Shown piece by piece: positions 9,953-21,219 of a stretch of 64,000 bases of DNA. The stretch is from Patescibacteria group bacterium (GTDB taxonomy: Bacteria > Patescibacteriota > Minisyncoccia > Phycocordibacterales > UBA9973), in assembly GCA_040384805.1 (NCBI GenBank), contig JAZKIP010000001.1, positions 133,864-197,863 on the forward strand, given 5' to 3'. The position numbers and the translations under genes were made by a program. Each line of letters opens with the position of its first letter. Positions within the stretch are counted from its first letter, which is position 1. The notes beneath the pieces were generated by a model that worked only from the letters and a program-made list of their open reading frames with translations, was not told where the DNA came from and did no database searches.

Positions 9953-11257
9953 CTACCTCTTATTTATCAAATCAAGTTCGCTTGAGGCCTTGGCGACAGC
10001 CGCGCTCATCGAGAGCCTGTTGGAAATGATATTTTGGATCATGCTGTCGAATATAGCGTCAGATGCGATTGTATCGGGGTCGGGCCATGCACGCGATATG
10101 AGACTTGCATTGAAGAATGTGAAAAGATACGGATCAGCCGGTCGAGAGGAGAGGAGCGATCGCAAAGCAGGCGGCAATGACACGGTCGTAGCGAAATTTT
10201 TCGCCGCTTCATCGGACCCTAAAAGAGTCGCGACTCCGAAGGCGATTCCCATGTTCGGGGATTTCTTATTGATCGCAAGGGCATAAATATCGGCGTATGT
10301 GCGCTTGGTGGCAAGTCCTTTAGTCTGAAGGATATCCGTGACGTCGAACGAGAGATTCGGATTTATCGATTGGATTTTAAAAAGTTCGCTTGCATGTCCG
10401 AGATAAAAGGCTTCCCTCCCGCCGGTAAACATATCCAGAGAATTCGGGAGCGATCGATTCCACGCATATGACGACAGTGAGGGATTTGAAAATTCCACAT
10501 AGAATTCAAGAATTTGCTCTGCGACCGATTGCGCTCCGGAAGCAGATGTGGCGCTAAGAACGGACTGGTAACGTGTGTCGCTTCGAGAAACGATCTGGTT
10601 GCCGCTTTGCAACAGGAGAGTTGCGAGGATGTCCTTCGCATTGGCTACGTTTTCGAAGCGCCCCAGACCGATCATGCTTTGGGTGATTGTTCCGTCATCT
10701 GTTCGCTTTGTCAGCCGACCGTTAAGCTCAAAAAGCTCGTTCCAATACGCGGGAGGCGTTGCAATGCCTTCATTGGCCAAGAGATCTTTGTTGTAATATA
10801 AAACCATAGGATCAACGACAAGCGGAAAACCGAGAGTTCCTTCCGTGGTGAGATAAATATCGGCCCCGTCTATGAATGAGGAGCGGAATGATTTCTCAGG
10901 ATAACTTGCGTAAGGAATCGCATAGATGAAATTCCTATTGTTTTGAATCATGTCGGGAGATATGATGAAAAGATCAGGTCCTGTACCGTTGGCGAAAGCC
11001 TCGACCAACTCCTTCTGATATGTCGCCTCTTTTTTTGTCACATAGCTTATCACAAGCTCCTGATTTGTCTCGCTTATTTTGTCGAAAACCTCATGGATTT
11101 CAGGATTGGAAAACGTCCCCCAGATAACCACTTTTCCGACAAGCCCGTTGGACGTATCTGAGGATCCGCCAATATTGATAAGTCCCGAAAAAATCAAAAC
11201 TGCGAAGACAAAAAATGCCATAAAGACGGCCACAAGGATTGTCTGAAAATTATTCAT
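9953..11257 (-). CDS. Extracellular solute-binding protein (family 1)
   Basis: N-terminal TM anchor, GTGPDLF, VLYYNKDLL, PPAYWNE. Confidence 0.85.
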   Translation of the reverse strand: MNNFQTILVAVFMAFFVFAVLIFSGLINIGGSSDTSNGLVGKVVIWGTFSNPEIHEVFDKISETNQELVISYVTKKEATYQKELVEAFANGTGPDLFIISPDMIQNNRNFIYAIPYASYPEKSFRSSFIDGADIYLTTEGTLGFPLVVDPMVLYYNKDLLANEGIATPPAYWNELFELNGRLTKRTDDGTITQSMIGLGRFENVANAKDILATLLLQSGNQIVSRSDTRYQSVLSATSASGAQSVAEQILEFYVEFSNPSLSSYAWNRSLPNSLDMFTGGREAFYLGHASELFKIQSINPNLSFDVTDILQTKGLATKRTYADIYALAINKKSPNMGIAFGVATLLGSDEAAKNFATTVSLPPALRSLLSSRPADPYLFTFFNASLISRAWPDPDTIASDAIFDSMIQNIISNRLSMSAAVAKASSELDLINKR

Positions 11258-11376
11258 CCCGTATGAGATAGGGAACCCTTGGTCTCCCGTGTCTTGTTAA
11301 TTATTATGAGCGGCATAATCATATTCTTTATATTACACTATCTTTTAGAATTCTAACATCACATCTCTAACGGGAT
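11256..11376. mobile_element. MITE-like element with 14-bp terminal inverted repeats
   Basis: ATCCCGTATGAGAT ... ATCTCTAACGGGAT (12/14 match); related element at 18223-18350. Confidence 0.55.
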
Positions 11377-11900
11377 TCATGCGTAAAAATTATACCATAT
11401 TGATGGTCGCTTGGGGAGATCGTTTCAGATATTCTAAATCCCCGCCGCTCGAAAAGTTCCCGGGCTTTCTCCGCACTTACGGCATCCCGCCCGCGCGGTC
11501 CGGCAACGGATGATGAACCGTAAAAGTCTACCAGAAGAATCTTTCCGTTTTTAGCGATAATCCGTCGGGCTTCATCGATCAATCCTATTTTATCTTCTGC
11601 TTGAAACAAGACATTGGAAATAATGACGGCATCCATGCTTTTATCGGCAAGCTTGCGTCCATGAAGCTTTTCAACATCCCCCCAAATGCATTCCATGTTT
11701 GAAATTCCTTCCTTGGCAATCTCGCTTTCCAATTTCTTAACCAGACCTTTTTGAACTTCTATAGCATATACCTTTCCCGTATGTCCGACGCGGGCTGCCG
11801 CAGCTTTCGCAAAGAATCCAGAACCCGCCCCGAAATCCGCAACACGCATACCTTCGGTAAGATCAAGCTCTGCCACACATTGTTGCGGATAAGCGAACAT
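11367..11900 (-). CDS. Class I SAM-dependent methyltransferase
   Basis: VADFGAGSG motif I. Confidence 0.9.
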   Translation of the reverse strand: MFAYPQQCVAELDLTEGMRVADFGAGSGFFAKAAAARVGHTGKVYAIEVQKGLVKKLESEIAKEGISNMECIWGDVEKLHGRKLADKSMDAVIISNVLFQAEDKIGLIDEARRIIAKNGKILLVDFYGSSSVAGPRGRDAVSAEKARELFERRGFRISETISPSDHQYGIIFTHESR

Positions 11901-11930
11901 ATATCGATTATTATAGCACGCTCCCCTTAT

Positions 11931-14384
11931 TTATAGACATGTAATGGAGGCGATACTGTCTCCTGGGCGAAGCTTCATAACGGTCACCCCTTGCGTCTGA
12001 CGGCCCGATGTCGGAATTGACGAGAGCTCAACGCGGATAACCTGACCTTTCTGAGAAACAGCAATGATTTGATTTTCATCACCGACAATCTTGGCAACGA
12101 TCAAGGCGCCTGTTTTAGCCGTGACTTTGGCTGTTTTGATTCCCGAACCGCCGCGCTTTTGAGTCTTGTATTCCTTTATGTTCGTTTTCTTGCCGAGGCC
12201 ATTGGCGCCAAGAATCAAAAGAGAAAGATTGGTTTCCCCTTTCGGAACACGGTCAACACCGATGATACTGTCTCCTTTTCCAAGCTTCATGGCACGCACG
12301 CCTCCTGCCGCTCTTCCCATTTCGCGAACATCGGACTCTTTGAATCGTATCGACTGGCCGAGAGCTGTGGCAAGCATGACATCATCTCCCTTATTGACCG
12401 CAAGCACGGCTTCAAGTTCATCTCCCTTCTCAAGCTTGATCGCGATCAAGCCGCTCCGTCGAACATCTTTGAAGCTTTCAGCTGACACTTTTTTGACGAT
12501 ACCCATCTGAGTAACAAGCATCAAATGCTCAACGGTCTTCTTGGCTTCTTTGCCGATCGGAAGTATTGAGGTTACTTTTTCATCTCCTTCAAGTGTCAGA
12601 AAATTCATGACTGATTTTCCTTTTGTCGCGCGCTTGCCTTCGGGGATATCGTACATCTTGATCTGATATGCCTTGCCGCGATTGGTGAAGAAAAGAAGAT
12701 CGCTGTGGGTATTGGCCGACACGAGCATCGTCACGAAATCCTCTTCTTTCGGTTCGATATCTATGACGCCAACACCGCCGCGCTTTTGAGTGCGATATTC
12801 TCCGGGGTCGGTACGTTTGACATATCCGCCTTTGGTAAACACGAGAACTGATTCCTTTTCGGGGATAAGATCTTCTTCGTTGATCGCCTTGACGCCTCCT
12901 TTGACAATGCGGGTCTTTCGTTCATCGGCATATTTGTCCCTGATCTCACGAAGTTCGTCGCCGATCACTTTAAGCATCTTCTTCGGGCTTGCAAGCAAGG
13001 CTTCCAGTTCCGCTATCAATGCCTGTTTTTCTTTCAATTCCAGTTCGACATTCTTGCGTTCAAGACCGGCAAGTTTCTGAAGTCTCATTTCAAGGATAGC
13101 GGTTGCCTGAAGATCCGAGAATTTAAACTCTTTCATCAGATTCATCTTGGCAGCAAGCGTGTCTTTCGATCCGCGAATCACCGAGATGACGCGGTCAATG
13201 TGATCAAGCGCTTTTTTAAGACCAAGAAGGATATGTTCGCGATCCTTTGCTTTTTGAAGGTCAAATTCAGTGCGGCGGCGAACGACAACGGTACGGTGAG
13301 TGATAAATTCAGAAAGCAAACTCTTAAGCGACAATGTCTGGGGAACGCCATCGACAAGAGCGACAATGTTGAAATTGAATGATTGTTCAAGCTGGGTGTG
13401 CTTGTATATATAATTGAGGACCTTTTGAGGAAAGACCCCGGATTTAAGATCAATGGCAATCCTCATATCCTTTGCAGACTCGTCGCGCAGGCCCTTGATG
13501 CCTTCGAGCTTCTTTTCCTGAATAAGACCTGCAATTGATTCGATCAAGACGGATTTATTAACGCGATACGGAATCGACGTAATGATGATCTGAAAGAGGC
13601 CGTTCTTCTGTTCCACGATTTCCGCTTCTCCGCGCGTTACCACCCCGCCGCGGCCTGTCGAATACGCATGAACAAGATCCGCCTGACCGTATACGATTCC
13701 GCCTGTTGGAAAATCAGGGCCTTTGATGAACTGCATCAGGTCTTCCGTCGTTGCATCCTTATTGTCGATCAAATGAATAGTTGCATCAATCGTCTCGGCA
13801 AGATTGTGCGGCGGGATGTTCGTGGCCATCCCGACAGCGATACCGAGAGTACCGTTAAGAAGGAGACTGGGAACGGCAGTCGGAAGGACAGCGGGCTCTT
13901 TGCGGGTCTGATCGTAGTTTGGACGAAAATCAACTGTTTCCTTTTCAAGATCAAGAAGAAGGAGAGATGACAAACGCGACATTTTCGCTTCCGTATAACG
14001 CATCGCGGCCGCATTGTCCCCGTCGATCGAGCCGAAGTTTCCCTGACCGAAGATCAGAGGATAGCGGTACGAGAAATCCTGAGCCATATTGACCATCGAA
14101 TCGTAAACAGCAACGTCACCATGCGGGTGATATTTTCCGAGAACGTCTCCCACGACCGCCGCGCTTTTGCGGAAACGGCTTTGGTACGTCAATCCCATTT
14201 CGTGCATCGCATACAGGATACGGCGGTGAACGGGTTTTAATCCATCGCGCACATCGGGTAAAGCGCGATCGGTAATAACCGACATCGCGTAATCAATGAA
14301 TGAATCTTTCATTTCAGAACTGATATTGACCGAAATGACACTCGCATGTTCAGTTTTAACCTCTTCTTTTTTTTCTTTCGCCAT
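11931..14384 (-). CDS. gyrA: DNA gyrase subunit A
   Basis: YHPHGD, AAMRYTE catalytic Tyr, GyrA box QKRGGVG. Confidence 0.98.
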   Translation of the reverse strand: MAKEKKEEVKTEHASVISVNISSEMKDSFIDYAMSVITDRALPDVRDGLKPVHRRILYAMHEMGLTYQSRFRKSAAVVGDVLGKYHPHGDVAVYDSMVNMAQDFSYRYPLIFGQGNFGSIDGDNAAAMRYTEAKMSRLSSLLLLDLEKETVDFRPNYDQTRKEPAVLPTAVPSLLLNGTLGIAVGMATNIPPHNLAETIDATIHLIDNKDATTEDLMQFIKGPDFPTGGIVYGQADLVHAYSTGRGGVVTRGEAEIVEQKNGLFQIIITSIPYRVNKSVLIESIAGLIQEKKLEGIKGLRDESAKDMRIAIDLKSGVFPQKVLNYIYKHTQLEQSFNFNIVALVDGVPQTLSLKSLLSEFITHRTVVVRRRTEFDLQKAKDREHILLGLKKALDHIDRVISVIRGSKDTLAAKMNLMKEFKFSDLQATAILEMRLQKLAGLERKNVELELKEKQALIAELEALLASPKKMLKVIGDELREIRDKYADERKTRIVKGGVKAINEEDLIPEKESVLVFTKGGYVKRTDPGEYRTQKRGGVGVIDIEPKEEDFVTMLVSANTHSDLLFFTNRGKAYQIKMYDIPEGKRATKGKSVMNFLTLEGDEKVTSILPIGKEAKKTVEHLMLVTQMGIVKKVSAESFKDVRRSGLIAIKLEKGDELEAVLAVNKGDDVMLATALGQSIRFKESDVREMGRAAGGVRAMKLGKGDSIIGVDRVPKGETNLSLLILGANGLGKKTNIKEYKTQKRGGSGIKTAKVTAKTGALIVAKIVGDENQIIAVSQKGQVIRVELSSIPTSGRQTQGVTVMKLRPGDSIASITCL

Positions 14385-14392
14385 AATTAATT

Positions 14393-14707
14393 TTATTCAG
14401 TTGCAGGATGATCGACAACGATAAGATCCACCTGTTTTTCTCCGGATATATCCTTATCTCCCGAAAATGAAATGTTCCCGACGCTTGCGCTTATGTTTTG
14501 ATATGCGCTTGAGACCGAATTTTTAAAAAGCGCGAAAGGTTTCAAGGATGACTCGGAAGATGCCTGAGTACGCGGACGGGATTCATGGGCGGAAAGCCCG
14601 TACACCCACACGGAACCGACAAGAAACATCGACACCGCCAGAATGCCGACAAGTATCTGCTTGCGAACATGCTCGGGCTTTGACTGCAGTTTTTTTACGT
14701 AATGCAT
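14393..14707 (-). CDS. Hypothetical membrane protein
   Basis: One TM helix, operonic position. Confidence 0.7.
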   Translation of the reverse strand: MHYVKKLQSKPEHVRKQILVGILAVSMFLVGSVWVYGLSAHESRPRTQASSESSLKPFALFKNSVSSAYQNISASVGNISFSGDKDISGEKQVDLIVVDHPATE

Positions 14708-14721
14708 ATAATAAATATTCC

Positions 14722-15348
14722 TTATGATGATAATACTATGATCTCGCCCTCCCGACCGGAGAGCTCTTTTGCTTTGATTGTCAACTTGTCGATTGGCTTT
14801 ACCGTGTCCTGACCTCCTTCTTTAAGAAATGCCTTGAGAGTTTTGTCGTCATAATCCATCGGAATAATGATCTTGGGCTCTAAAGATACGGCAAGCTTGT
14901 ACGCTTCGGCCGTTGTCATCAGTTCTTCATTTCCAACCGGTACGAAGATAATGTCCGAAGACTCAATTTGTCCGCGAACTGCCGCATCAATCTTTTTTGA
15001 AGAAATTGCACCGAGAAAGCAAAGGGAAATATTTTCAATTGTTAACATATAGATCGTATTAATATATTTCTTTTTATCGATGGTCGTTTCAGTCATGATT
15101 CCCTTGATAAAAATATCTCGGATCTCGTAGTCTCCGGGACCATGGATCGCAAAGGGTACCGTTTCTCCATGAGAAACCGATTCAAAACCGTTGTAATCGG
15201 GGTGATTTATGGTCGAAAGAGCGATCGCCGAACCGAATCGGGATATTTTGGAACTGTCTTTCGATTCGCGGCTTATCGGATTGAATGCCACAACGAGATC
15301 TCCTTGCTGTATTTTGAAGAATTGCTTGCCGAGATAGCTGATGATCAT
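14722..15348 (-). CDS. Metallo-beta-lactamase-fold protein (degenerate metal site)
   Basis: GPGDYEI, DIIFVPVG, LEPKIIIPM pattern. Confidence 0.75.
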   Translation of the reverse strand: MIISYLGKQFFKIQQGDLVVAFNPISRESKDSSKISRFGSAIALSTINHPDYNGFESVSHGETVPFAIHGPGDYEIRDIFIKGIMTETTIDKKKYINTIYMLTIENISLCFLGAISSKKIDAAVRGQIESSDIIFVPVGNEELMTTAEAYKLAVSLEPKIIIPMDYDDKTLKAFLKEGGQDTVKPIDKLTIKAKELSGREGEIIVLSS

Positions 15349-15650
15349 GGATGCATTATACCAGATTTTACCTAAATAAAAAGGGCATGACTGGAGTCAC
15401 ACCCTTTCCCCTTTTATTTGCCATCTTTTAACCTCAGCTATATTAAATCAAAATAAAAGATAAAAATCAAGAGACCCTTGTGCCATGTTGCAATGTCTGA
15501 ATATATGTAGTATAGTTCTCCTATTATTAAGCCCAGGTGAAGGATAGCCCTTTTACATGATCTCGGTGGCGAGACAGGCAAAAGACCCTCATCTGCGCCG
15601 CGGATCCTGATAGTTTTATCAGGAAGAGCGGTTTTTTTAATTTTATATAT

Positions 15651-16793
15651 ATGAAAAACGAAGAAGATAAAGATACTGTCGCAAGCATTGCGGAACATGC
15701 CAAGATAGAGCTCTCGAGCATCGGAAAGATGCTCGATAAGGCCGAAACTCCTCCTCAGGTGGATATGCTTGTCGAAGGTCCCGTGATCTCGATCCAAAAG
15801 TCATCTGTCTATATCGATCTTGCACCATTCGGCACAGGTATCATCTACGGCCGCGAATTCATCAATGCCAAAGACATCATCAAGAAGGTAAATATCGGCG
15901 ATGTCGTTAAAGCCAAGATCGTTTCAACCGACAACGACGAAGGCTACATAGAGCTATCGCTCAAGGAAGCAAAGCAGGCTCTCATCTGGAGCGAAGCCGA
16001 CAAGGCGATCAAATCAAAACAGCCGTTGGAACTCACGGTAAAGGAAGCAAACAAAGGCGGGCTTATTCTTGAATGGCAGGGAATCCAGGGATTTCTTCCC
16101 GCATCGCAGCTTAAAAGCGAACATTATCCCCGTGTCGAAGATTCCGACAAAGACAAGATACTCAAGGCTCTCAAGCAGCTTGTCGGCAAGAGAATCAATG
16201 TGGTCATGATCTCAGCGCTTCCCAAGGAAGGCAAGCTCATCTTCTCCGAGAAAGACAATAATCCGGAAGAACGAAAAGAGATTATCGGCAAATACGCGGT
16301 TGGCGAAGAACTCGACTGCACTGTCGCCGGAATCGTTGATTTCGGCGTCTTCCTCAAGATTGAAGACGGCCTTGAAGGACTTGTTCATATCTCTGAGATA
16401 GACTGGGGTCTCGTTGAAGATCCGCGAACCATGTTCAAAGTCGGCGACACGGTAAAGGCGAAAATTATCGAGATCAAAGAGGGCAAGATCTCTCTTTCAA
16501 TCAAGACGTTAAAGGAAAACCCATGGAATGAATTCGAGAATTCTCTTAAAAAGGGCGATATCGTCTCGGGAGTAGTGATCAAATTCAACAAGCACGGGGC
16601 TCTCGTGTCGATCAAGCAAGGGGTTGCCGGACTCGTCCACAATTCAAGCTTCGGTTCCGAAGAGAAGCTGAAGAAAACTCTTGAACTCGGAAAAACTTAC
16701 AATTTCCAGGTCACCCTTTTCGAACCGAAGGACCAACGTATGACTCTTGTCTATCTTGATAAAGAAGCAGGTGCTGCAACGGAAAGTAAATAA
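15651..16793 (+). CDS. rpsA: Ribosomal protein S1 (four S1 domains)
   Basis: GFLPASQ, DFGVF...EGLVHISEI repeats. Confidence 0.9.
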   Translation: MKNEEDKDTVASIAEHAKIELSSIGKMLDKAETPPQVDMLVEGPVISIQKSSVYIDLAPFGTGIIYGREFINAKDIIKKVNIGDVVKAKIVSTDNDEGYIELSLKEAKQALIWSEADKAIKSKQPLELTVKEANKGGLILEWQGIQGFLPASQLKSEHYPRVEDSDKDKILKALKQLVGKRINVVMISALPKEGKLIFSEKDNNPEERKEIIGKYAVGEELDCTVAGIVDFGVFLKIEDGLEGLVHISEIDWGLVEDPRTMFKVGDTVKAKIIEIKEGKISLSIKTLKENPWNEFENSLKKGDIVSGVVIKFNKHGALVSIKQGVAGLVHNSSFGSEEKLKKTLELGKTYNFQVTLFEPKDQRMTLVYLDKEAGAATESK

Positions 16794-16800
16794 GATACAT

Positions 16801-16831
16801 TAAATCACCCCGATCTGATCGGGGTGATTTA
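16801..16831. terminator. Bidirectional terminator
   Basis: TAAATCACCCCGATC-t-GATCGGGGTGATTTA. Confidence 0.75.
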
Positions 16832-16870
16832 AATTTGTGCTGTAAGGCACAATCGATCGGCATTTATACA

Positions 16871-17461
16871 TTAGGAATTATACAGACTCATCGCCTTGTC
16901 TTTTCCGTCTTCTGCAATACAGGAAATGATCGAGGCAACCGTCTTGGACAATTTTTTTAGTGTCTTTTGTTCATCTTCTTTAAAGTTGCCAAGGAGAAAT
17001 GTAAGAACAGCCGCTTCCCCTTTAGGCTTGCGTATCTTTCCGTTCGGAGTATGAGGAGAAACGCCAATGCGGATACGAATGAATTCCCGTGATTTTACTT
17101 TCTTAATGATCGATTCCACGCCATTATGTCCTCCCGAACTTCTATTGAAAGATATTTTCAGGCTGCCAACGGCAAGATCAAGATCATCGTAGATGACCAC
17201 AAGCCCGGAGAGTTTCTTGGGAGAATCAATCAAGGGAACGACGGCACTCCCTGAATTATTCATAAAAGTGTTCGGGAGGATAATTTCCATTTTATTATTT
17301 TCAATGCTGCCTTTTGCGCGCAGGAATTTTAATTTCATATCGTTTTTCCACTCGGAAAAATCATATTCCTTCGCGATATGCTCAAGAATAATACGTCCCG
17401 CATTATGTCGGGTTTTTTCATATTCTTTTCCTGGGTTACCAAGACCGACAAGAAGTAGCAT
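16871..17461 (-). CDS. pth: Peptidyl-tRNA hydrolase
   Basis: GLGNPG, TRHNAG, FMNNSG, GGHNG. Confidence 0.97.
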   Translation of the reverse strand: MLLLVGLGNPGKEYEKTRHNAGRIILEHIAKEYDFSEWKNDMKLKFLRAKGSIENNKMEIILPNTFMNNSGSAVVPLIDSPKKLSGLVVIYDDLDLAVGSLKISFNRSSGGHNGVESIIKKVKSREFIRIRIGVSPHTPNGKIRKPKGEAAVLTFLLGNFKEDEQKTLKKLSKTVASIISCIAEDGKDKAMSLYNS

Positions 17462-17596
17462 ACAGTGAGTGTAGACTAATATTTTTGAAATATCAATCTT
17501 ATCTTTTTTAAAAAATTCTAAATTTTTCTTAAAAATTACCAGAACATATAAACATCTATTCCGTCAATGGGTATTGTATGGTAAAATAACGCCTAT

Positions 17597-18205
17597 ATGG
17601 AAAATAAAACCGAAAAATCGGATACTCACATGCCTCAAGAAAAAAAGTCGAACTTCAGCAAGCATATGGCAAGCGCATGGGATCTGGTCAAATTCGCCGC
17701 TATCGCCCTTGCAATCGTCATTCCTATCCGGACTTTCGTCGCGCAACCATTCGTGGTGAATGGCGAATCCATGTTCCCTACATTCGATAACGGACAATAC
17801 CTTATCGTCGATGAACTCTCGTACATCATCGGAGAACCGGAGCGCGGCGATGTTGTCATTTTTCGATACCCAAAAGATCCTTCGCGGTATTTCATTAAAA
17901 GAGTTATCGGTCTCCCGAATGAGGAAGTCAGCATTTCCGGCGGCACGGTTACCGTGTTCAATAAAGATAGCGAAAAAGGCTTTATTCTTTCTGAGCCTTA
18001 CCTCAACGAGAACTTCCGCACGGAAGGGACCTATACGACCGGAAACGATGAATACTTCGTGATGGGAGACAATCGAAACGCAAGTTCCGATTCGCGGCTC
18101 TGGGGAATTCTTCCTCGCAAGCTCATGATCGGGCGCGCCTATCTGCGGCTTCTGCCGGTTAAAAGCATGTCATATCTTCCGGGAGAATATAAGCAGGTTC
18201 AATAA
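17597..18205 (+). CDS. lepB: Signal peptidase I
   Basis: GESMFPT, FIKRVIGLP, GDNRNASSDSR. Confidence 0.96.
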   Translation: MENKTEKSDTHMPQEKKSNFSKHMASAWDLVKFAAIALAIVIPIRTFVAQPFVVNGESMFPTFDNGQYLIVDELSYIIGEPERGDVVIFRYPKDPSRYFIKRVIGLPNEEVSISGGTVTVFNKDSEKGFILSEPYLNENFRTEGTYTTGNDEYFVMGDNRNASSDSRLWGILPRKLMIGRAYLRLLPVKSMSYLPGEYKQVQ

Positions 18206-18222
18206 GATGAAAAATAAAATGA

Positions 18223-18350
18223 ATCCCGTATGAGATGTGCTTGTGGGATCATGAAAGATATATAAGAAAGATTACCAGTACGAGTATTACTAAGATTTAA
18301 TTAACAAGATACGGAAGACTTACGCAAAAGCTTCCTATCTCATACGGGAT
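18223..18350. mobile_element. MITE-like element with perfect 14-bp terminal inverted repeats overlapping the hisS start
   Basis: ATCCCGTATGAGAT (18223) ... ATCTCATACGGGAT (18337-18350). Confidence 0.6.
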
Positions 18351-19650
18351 GAATACCGAAAAGAAAAAATCAAACAAAGAGCCGCTTGTGTCAGTCAAAG
18401 GAATGCGCGATATCATCGACGAAAAGTATTACCAGTATCAGGGATTCTTTGAGAAAGCCCAGGAGATAGCGGTCTATTACGGTTTCAAGCCGATCGAAAC
18501 GCCGATCCTTGAGCATGAAAATACATTTACCACCGCGATCGGTATCGGAACCGATGCGATCGACAAGGAAATGTACACCCTCAAAACAAAAGGCGGCGAC
18601 CATCTTGCCATGCGTCCTGAAAATACGGCAGGAATCATGCGCGCATACATCGAGCACGGAATGCAATCTCTTCCGCAGCCAGTCATGCTCTATTCGTACG
18701 GTCCCTTTTTCCGGCATGATAAGCCGCAGCGCGGAAGATACCGCCAGCTCTATCAATTTGGCCTTGAATCTTTAGGAAGCGAAAAAAGCATTATCGATGC
18801 TCTCATCATCAAGACGACTCTTGCCATCCTCGAAGAAGCCGGGGCGTCAAATCTTTCAGTCAGCATCAATTCCATCGGCGACAAGGAATGCCGCAGCGCA
18901 TATCTTCGCGAACTGACCGCATACTACAAAAAGAATCTTGCCAATCTGCCTGTTGTCGATCGTGAGAGGCTGAAGATCAATCCCCTTCGCATTCTTGATT
19001 CGAAAGAAGAGAAAACGATTGCCATCAACGCAGGCGCTCCTGATTCGCTTTCCTACCTCTGCGCTTCATGCAAGAAGCATTTCAAAGAGGTCCTTGAATA
19101 TTTGGAACAGATGGAAGTCCCCTATGTCATGAACAAGAATCTCGTTCGCGGCCTTTCATACTACACGCGCACCGTCTTTGAAATCATCGAGGAGAATGCT
19201 GGTGAGGACGGCACGCCGCTCACGATCGCAGGCGGTGGGCGATATGATTATCTCGGCAAGCAGCTCGGTGCAAAAAAAGATATCCCGGCTATGGGTGTCG
19301 GCATCGGGGTTGACCGCGTCGTGGAATCAAGCTGGTACAAGAAGCTCTGTCCTCGAATCCTCAAGAAACCGAAGATTTATTTTATTCAGCTCGGATTCGA
19401 CGCAAAGTTAAAATCTCTCAATGTCATCGAGATCCTACGAAAAGGGAAAGTGCCGATCGCTCAATCAATATCAAAAGACAATCTGGGCGCTCAGCTTGCC
19501 GTTGCCGAGAAACTCGGCATGAGATACGCCATCATTTTTGGACAAAAGGAAGCTATGGAAAACTCGGTCATTTTCAGGGATATGAACAACAGGTCTCAGG
19601 AAACGGTAAAGCTTTCCAAGCTTTTGGAGTACATAAAAGAACTTAAGTAA
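18349..19650 (+). CDS. hisS: Histidine--tRNA ligase
   Basis: KGMRD, RPENTA, PQRGRYRQ, VRGLSYY, GGGRYD. Confidence 0.97.
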   Translation: MNTEKKKSNKEPLVSVKGMRDIIDEKYYQYQGFFEKAQEIAVYYGFKPIETPILEHENTFTTAIGIGTDAIDKEMYTLKTKGGDHLAMRPENTAGIMRAYIEHGMQSLPQPVMLYSYGPFFRHDKPQRGRYRQLYQFGLESLGSEKSIIDALIIKTTLAILEEAGASNLSVSINSIGDKECRSAYLRELTAYYKKNLANLPVVDRERLKINPLRILDSKEEKTIAINAGAPDSLSYLCASCKKHFKEVLEYLEQMEVPYVMNKNLVRGLSYYTRTVFEIIEENAGEDGTPLTIAGGGRYDYLGKQLGAKKDIPAMGVGIGVDRVVESSWYKKLCPRILKKPKIYFIQLGFDAKLKSLNVIEILRKGKVPIAQSISKDNLGAQLAVAEKLGMRYAIIFGQKEAMENSVIFRDMNNRSQETVKLSKLLEYIKELK

Positions 19651-19651
19651 T

Positions 19652-20185
19652 ATGATAGAGATTCTTCAAAATGGAGACCCTGTCTTGCGAAAAATTGCAC
19701 AAGAAGTTCCCTTAGAAAGCATTGTCACGCCCAAAATCAGGAAAATCCTCAAGGACATGTCGGAAGCCCTTCATTCGCAAGATGACGGCGTCGCCATCGC
19801 TGCGCCGCAGATCGGCGTATCACTCCGGATATTCATTATCGCAGGCAAAGTCTTCAGTGAGGATTTTGTCCGCGGCAAGGGAAAACAGGACATATCGGTT
19901 GAAAAAGATCTCATATTCATTAATCCTGTCTTTCAGAAAATATCGAAGGATCGGAAACTTTTGTCGGAAGGATGCCTCTCCGTCCGGCCGCTCTATGGCA
20001 AAGTCCGCCGCGCCACCAAGGCGACTATGGAAGCCTATGACGAAAATGGCAAGAAATTCACGAAAAGCGGGAGCGGCCTTCTTGCACATATATTTCAGCA
20101 TGAGACCGATCATCTCGATGGTATTCTTTTCATCGACAAGGCGAAGGATCTTCACGAATCGACACCCGAGGAGGAATATAAATAA
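19652..20185 (+). CDS. def: Peptide deformylase
   Basis: GVAIAAPQIG, EGCLS, QHETDH. Confidence 0.97.
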   Translation: MIEILQNGDPVLRKIAQEVPLESIVTPKIRKILKDMSEALHSQDDGVAIAAPQIGVSLRIFIIAGKVFSEDFVRGKGKQDISVEKDLIFINPVFQKISKDRKLLSEGCLSVRPLYGKVRRATKATMEAYDENGKKFTKSGSGLLAHIFQHETDHLDGILFIDKAKDLHESTPEEEYK

Positions 20186-20216
20186 AAGCTTATTTCATAC
20201 TGAAAAGCGAAGCACT

Positions 20217-21077
20217 ATGCAAAATCCACATTTAAAATTCGCATTCTTCGGGACGCCGGATGTCGCATCCCGAACGCTTGATATCCTCGAACAGAACGGA
20301 TATAGTCCGACTGTTATCATTACCTCTGTCGACAGGCGATCGGGCCGCGGCATGCATATGACGGAAAGTCCTGTAAGCATGTGGGCAAAGACGCATGGTA
20401 TCCCCTGCCTCAAACCGGAAAAGATAACAAAAGACTTCATAGAGGAATTAAAAGGATACGATGTTGATCTATCAATAGTCGTAGCCTATGGAGTACTGCT
20501 TCCTCAAGATTTGATCGATCTGCCCCGCTATGGAACAATCAATATACACTATTCTTTATTGCCGCTTTACCGTGGTGCATCTCCTGTCGAAGAAGCGCTT
20601 CTTAATGGGGACACAGAAACAGGAGTGAGCATTCAAGAGATGCGATTGAAGCTCGACTCAGGTCCCATTGTGGCCGACGAAAAAGTAAAAATAGAGATCG
20701 ATGATCGAAAGGAATCTCTTCGAGAAAAGCTCATTTCACTAGGAGGAAATTTACTTTCCCGCATACTTCCTTCCGTCATAGAAGGAAAAACTGTTTTGCA
20801 ACCTCAGGATGAATCAAAAGCGACATATTGTACAAAAATAAAAAAGGAGGACGGCGAAATAGATCCGGACGGCAACGCATGGCAGAATTATAACAAATAC
20901 CGAGCGTACGAAGGCTGGCCGGGGGTGTATTTTTTCCTCATGCGACATAATAAAAAGATCCGGATAAAAGTGACGGGAGCTCGCTATTCCGACGACTCAT
21001 TTATCATTGAAAAGGTCATTCCTGAGGGCAGGCATGAGATGGCATATACTGATCTTCTTCGAGGAAGATCCTTATAA
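20217..21077 (+). CDS. fmt: Methionyl-tRNA formyltransferase
   Basis: FFGTPD, VVAYG, NIHYSLLPLYRGASP; start reassigned to MQNPHLKF. Confidence 0.95.
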   Translation: MQNPHLKFAFFGTPDVASRTLDILEQNGYSPTVIITSVDRRSGRGMHMTESPVSMWAKTHGIPCLKPEKITKDFIEELKGYDVDLSIVVAYGVLLPQDLIDLPRYGTINIHYSLLPLYRGASPVEEALLNGDTETGVSIQEMRLKLDSGPIVADEKVKIEIDDRKESLREKLISLGGNLLSRILPSVIEGKTVLQPQDESKATYCTKIKKEDGEIDPDGNAWQNYNKYRAYEGWPGVYFFLMRHNKKIRIKVTGARYSDDSFIIEKVIPEGRHEMAYTDLLRGRSL

Positions 21078-21219
21078 AAGCTTTATGTTAGCTATTGACA
21101 ACTGAAACCTAAATGGTAGTCTTTAGGTGATAATAGTTTTTCGTAAAGTCTGGATTAAGATTTGCATACTTACCAATATGCAAGCGAAAAGCCGTGGGTG
21201 TCTACCCAGGGCTTTTTAT

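Noticed and set aside
19722-20216. N-terminal extension of Fmt overlapping def
   Set aside because: Alternate-frame read-through of def; Fmt homology starts at 20217.
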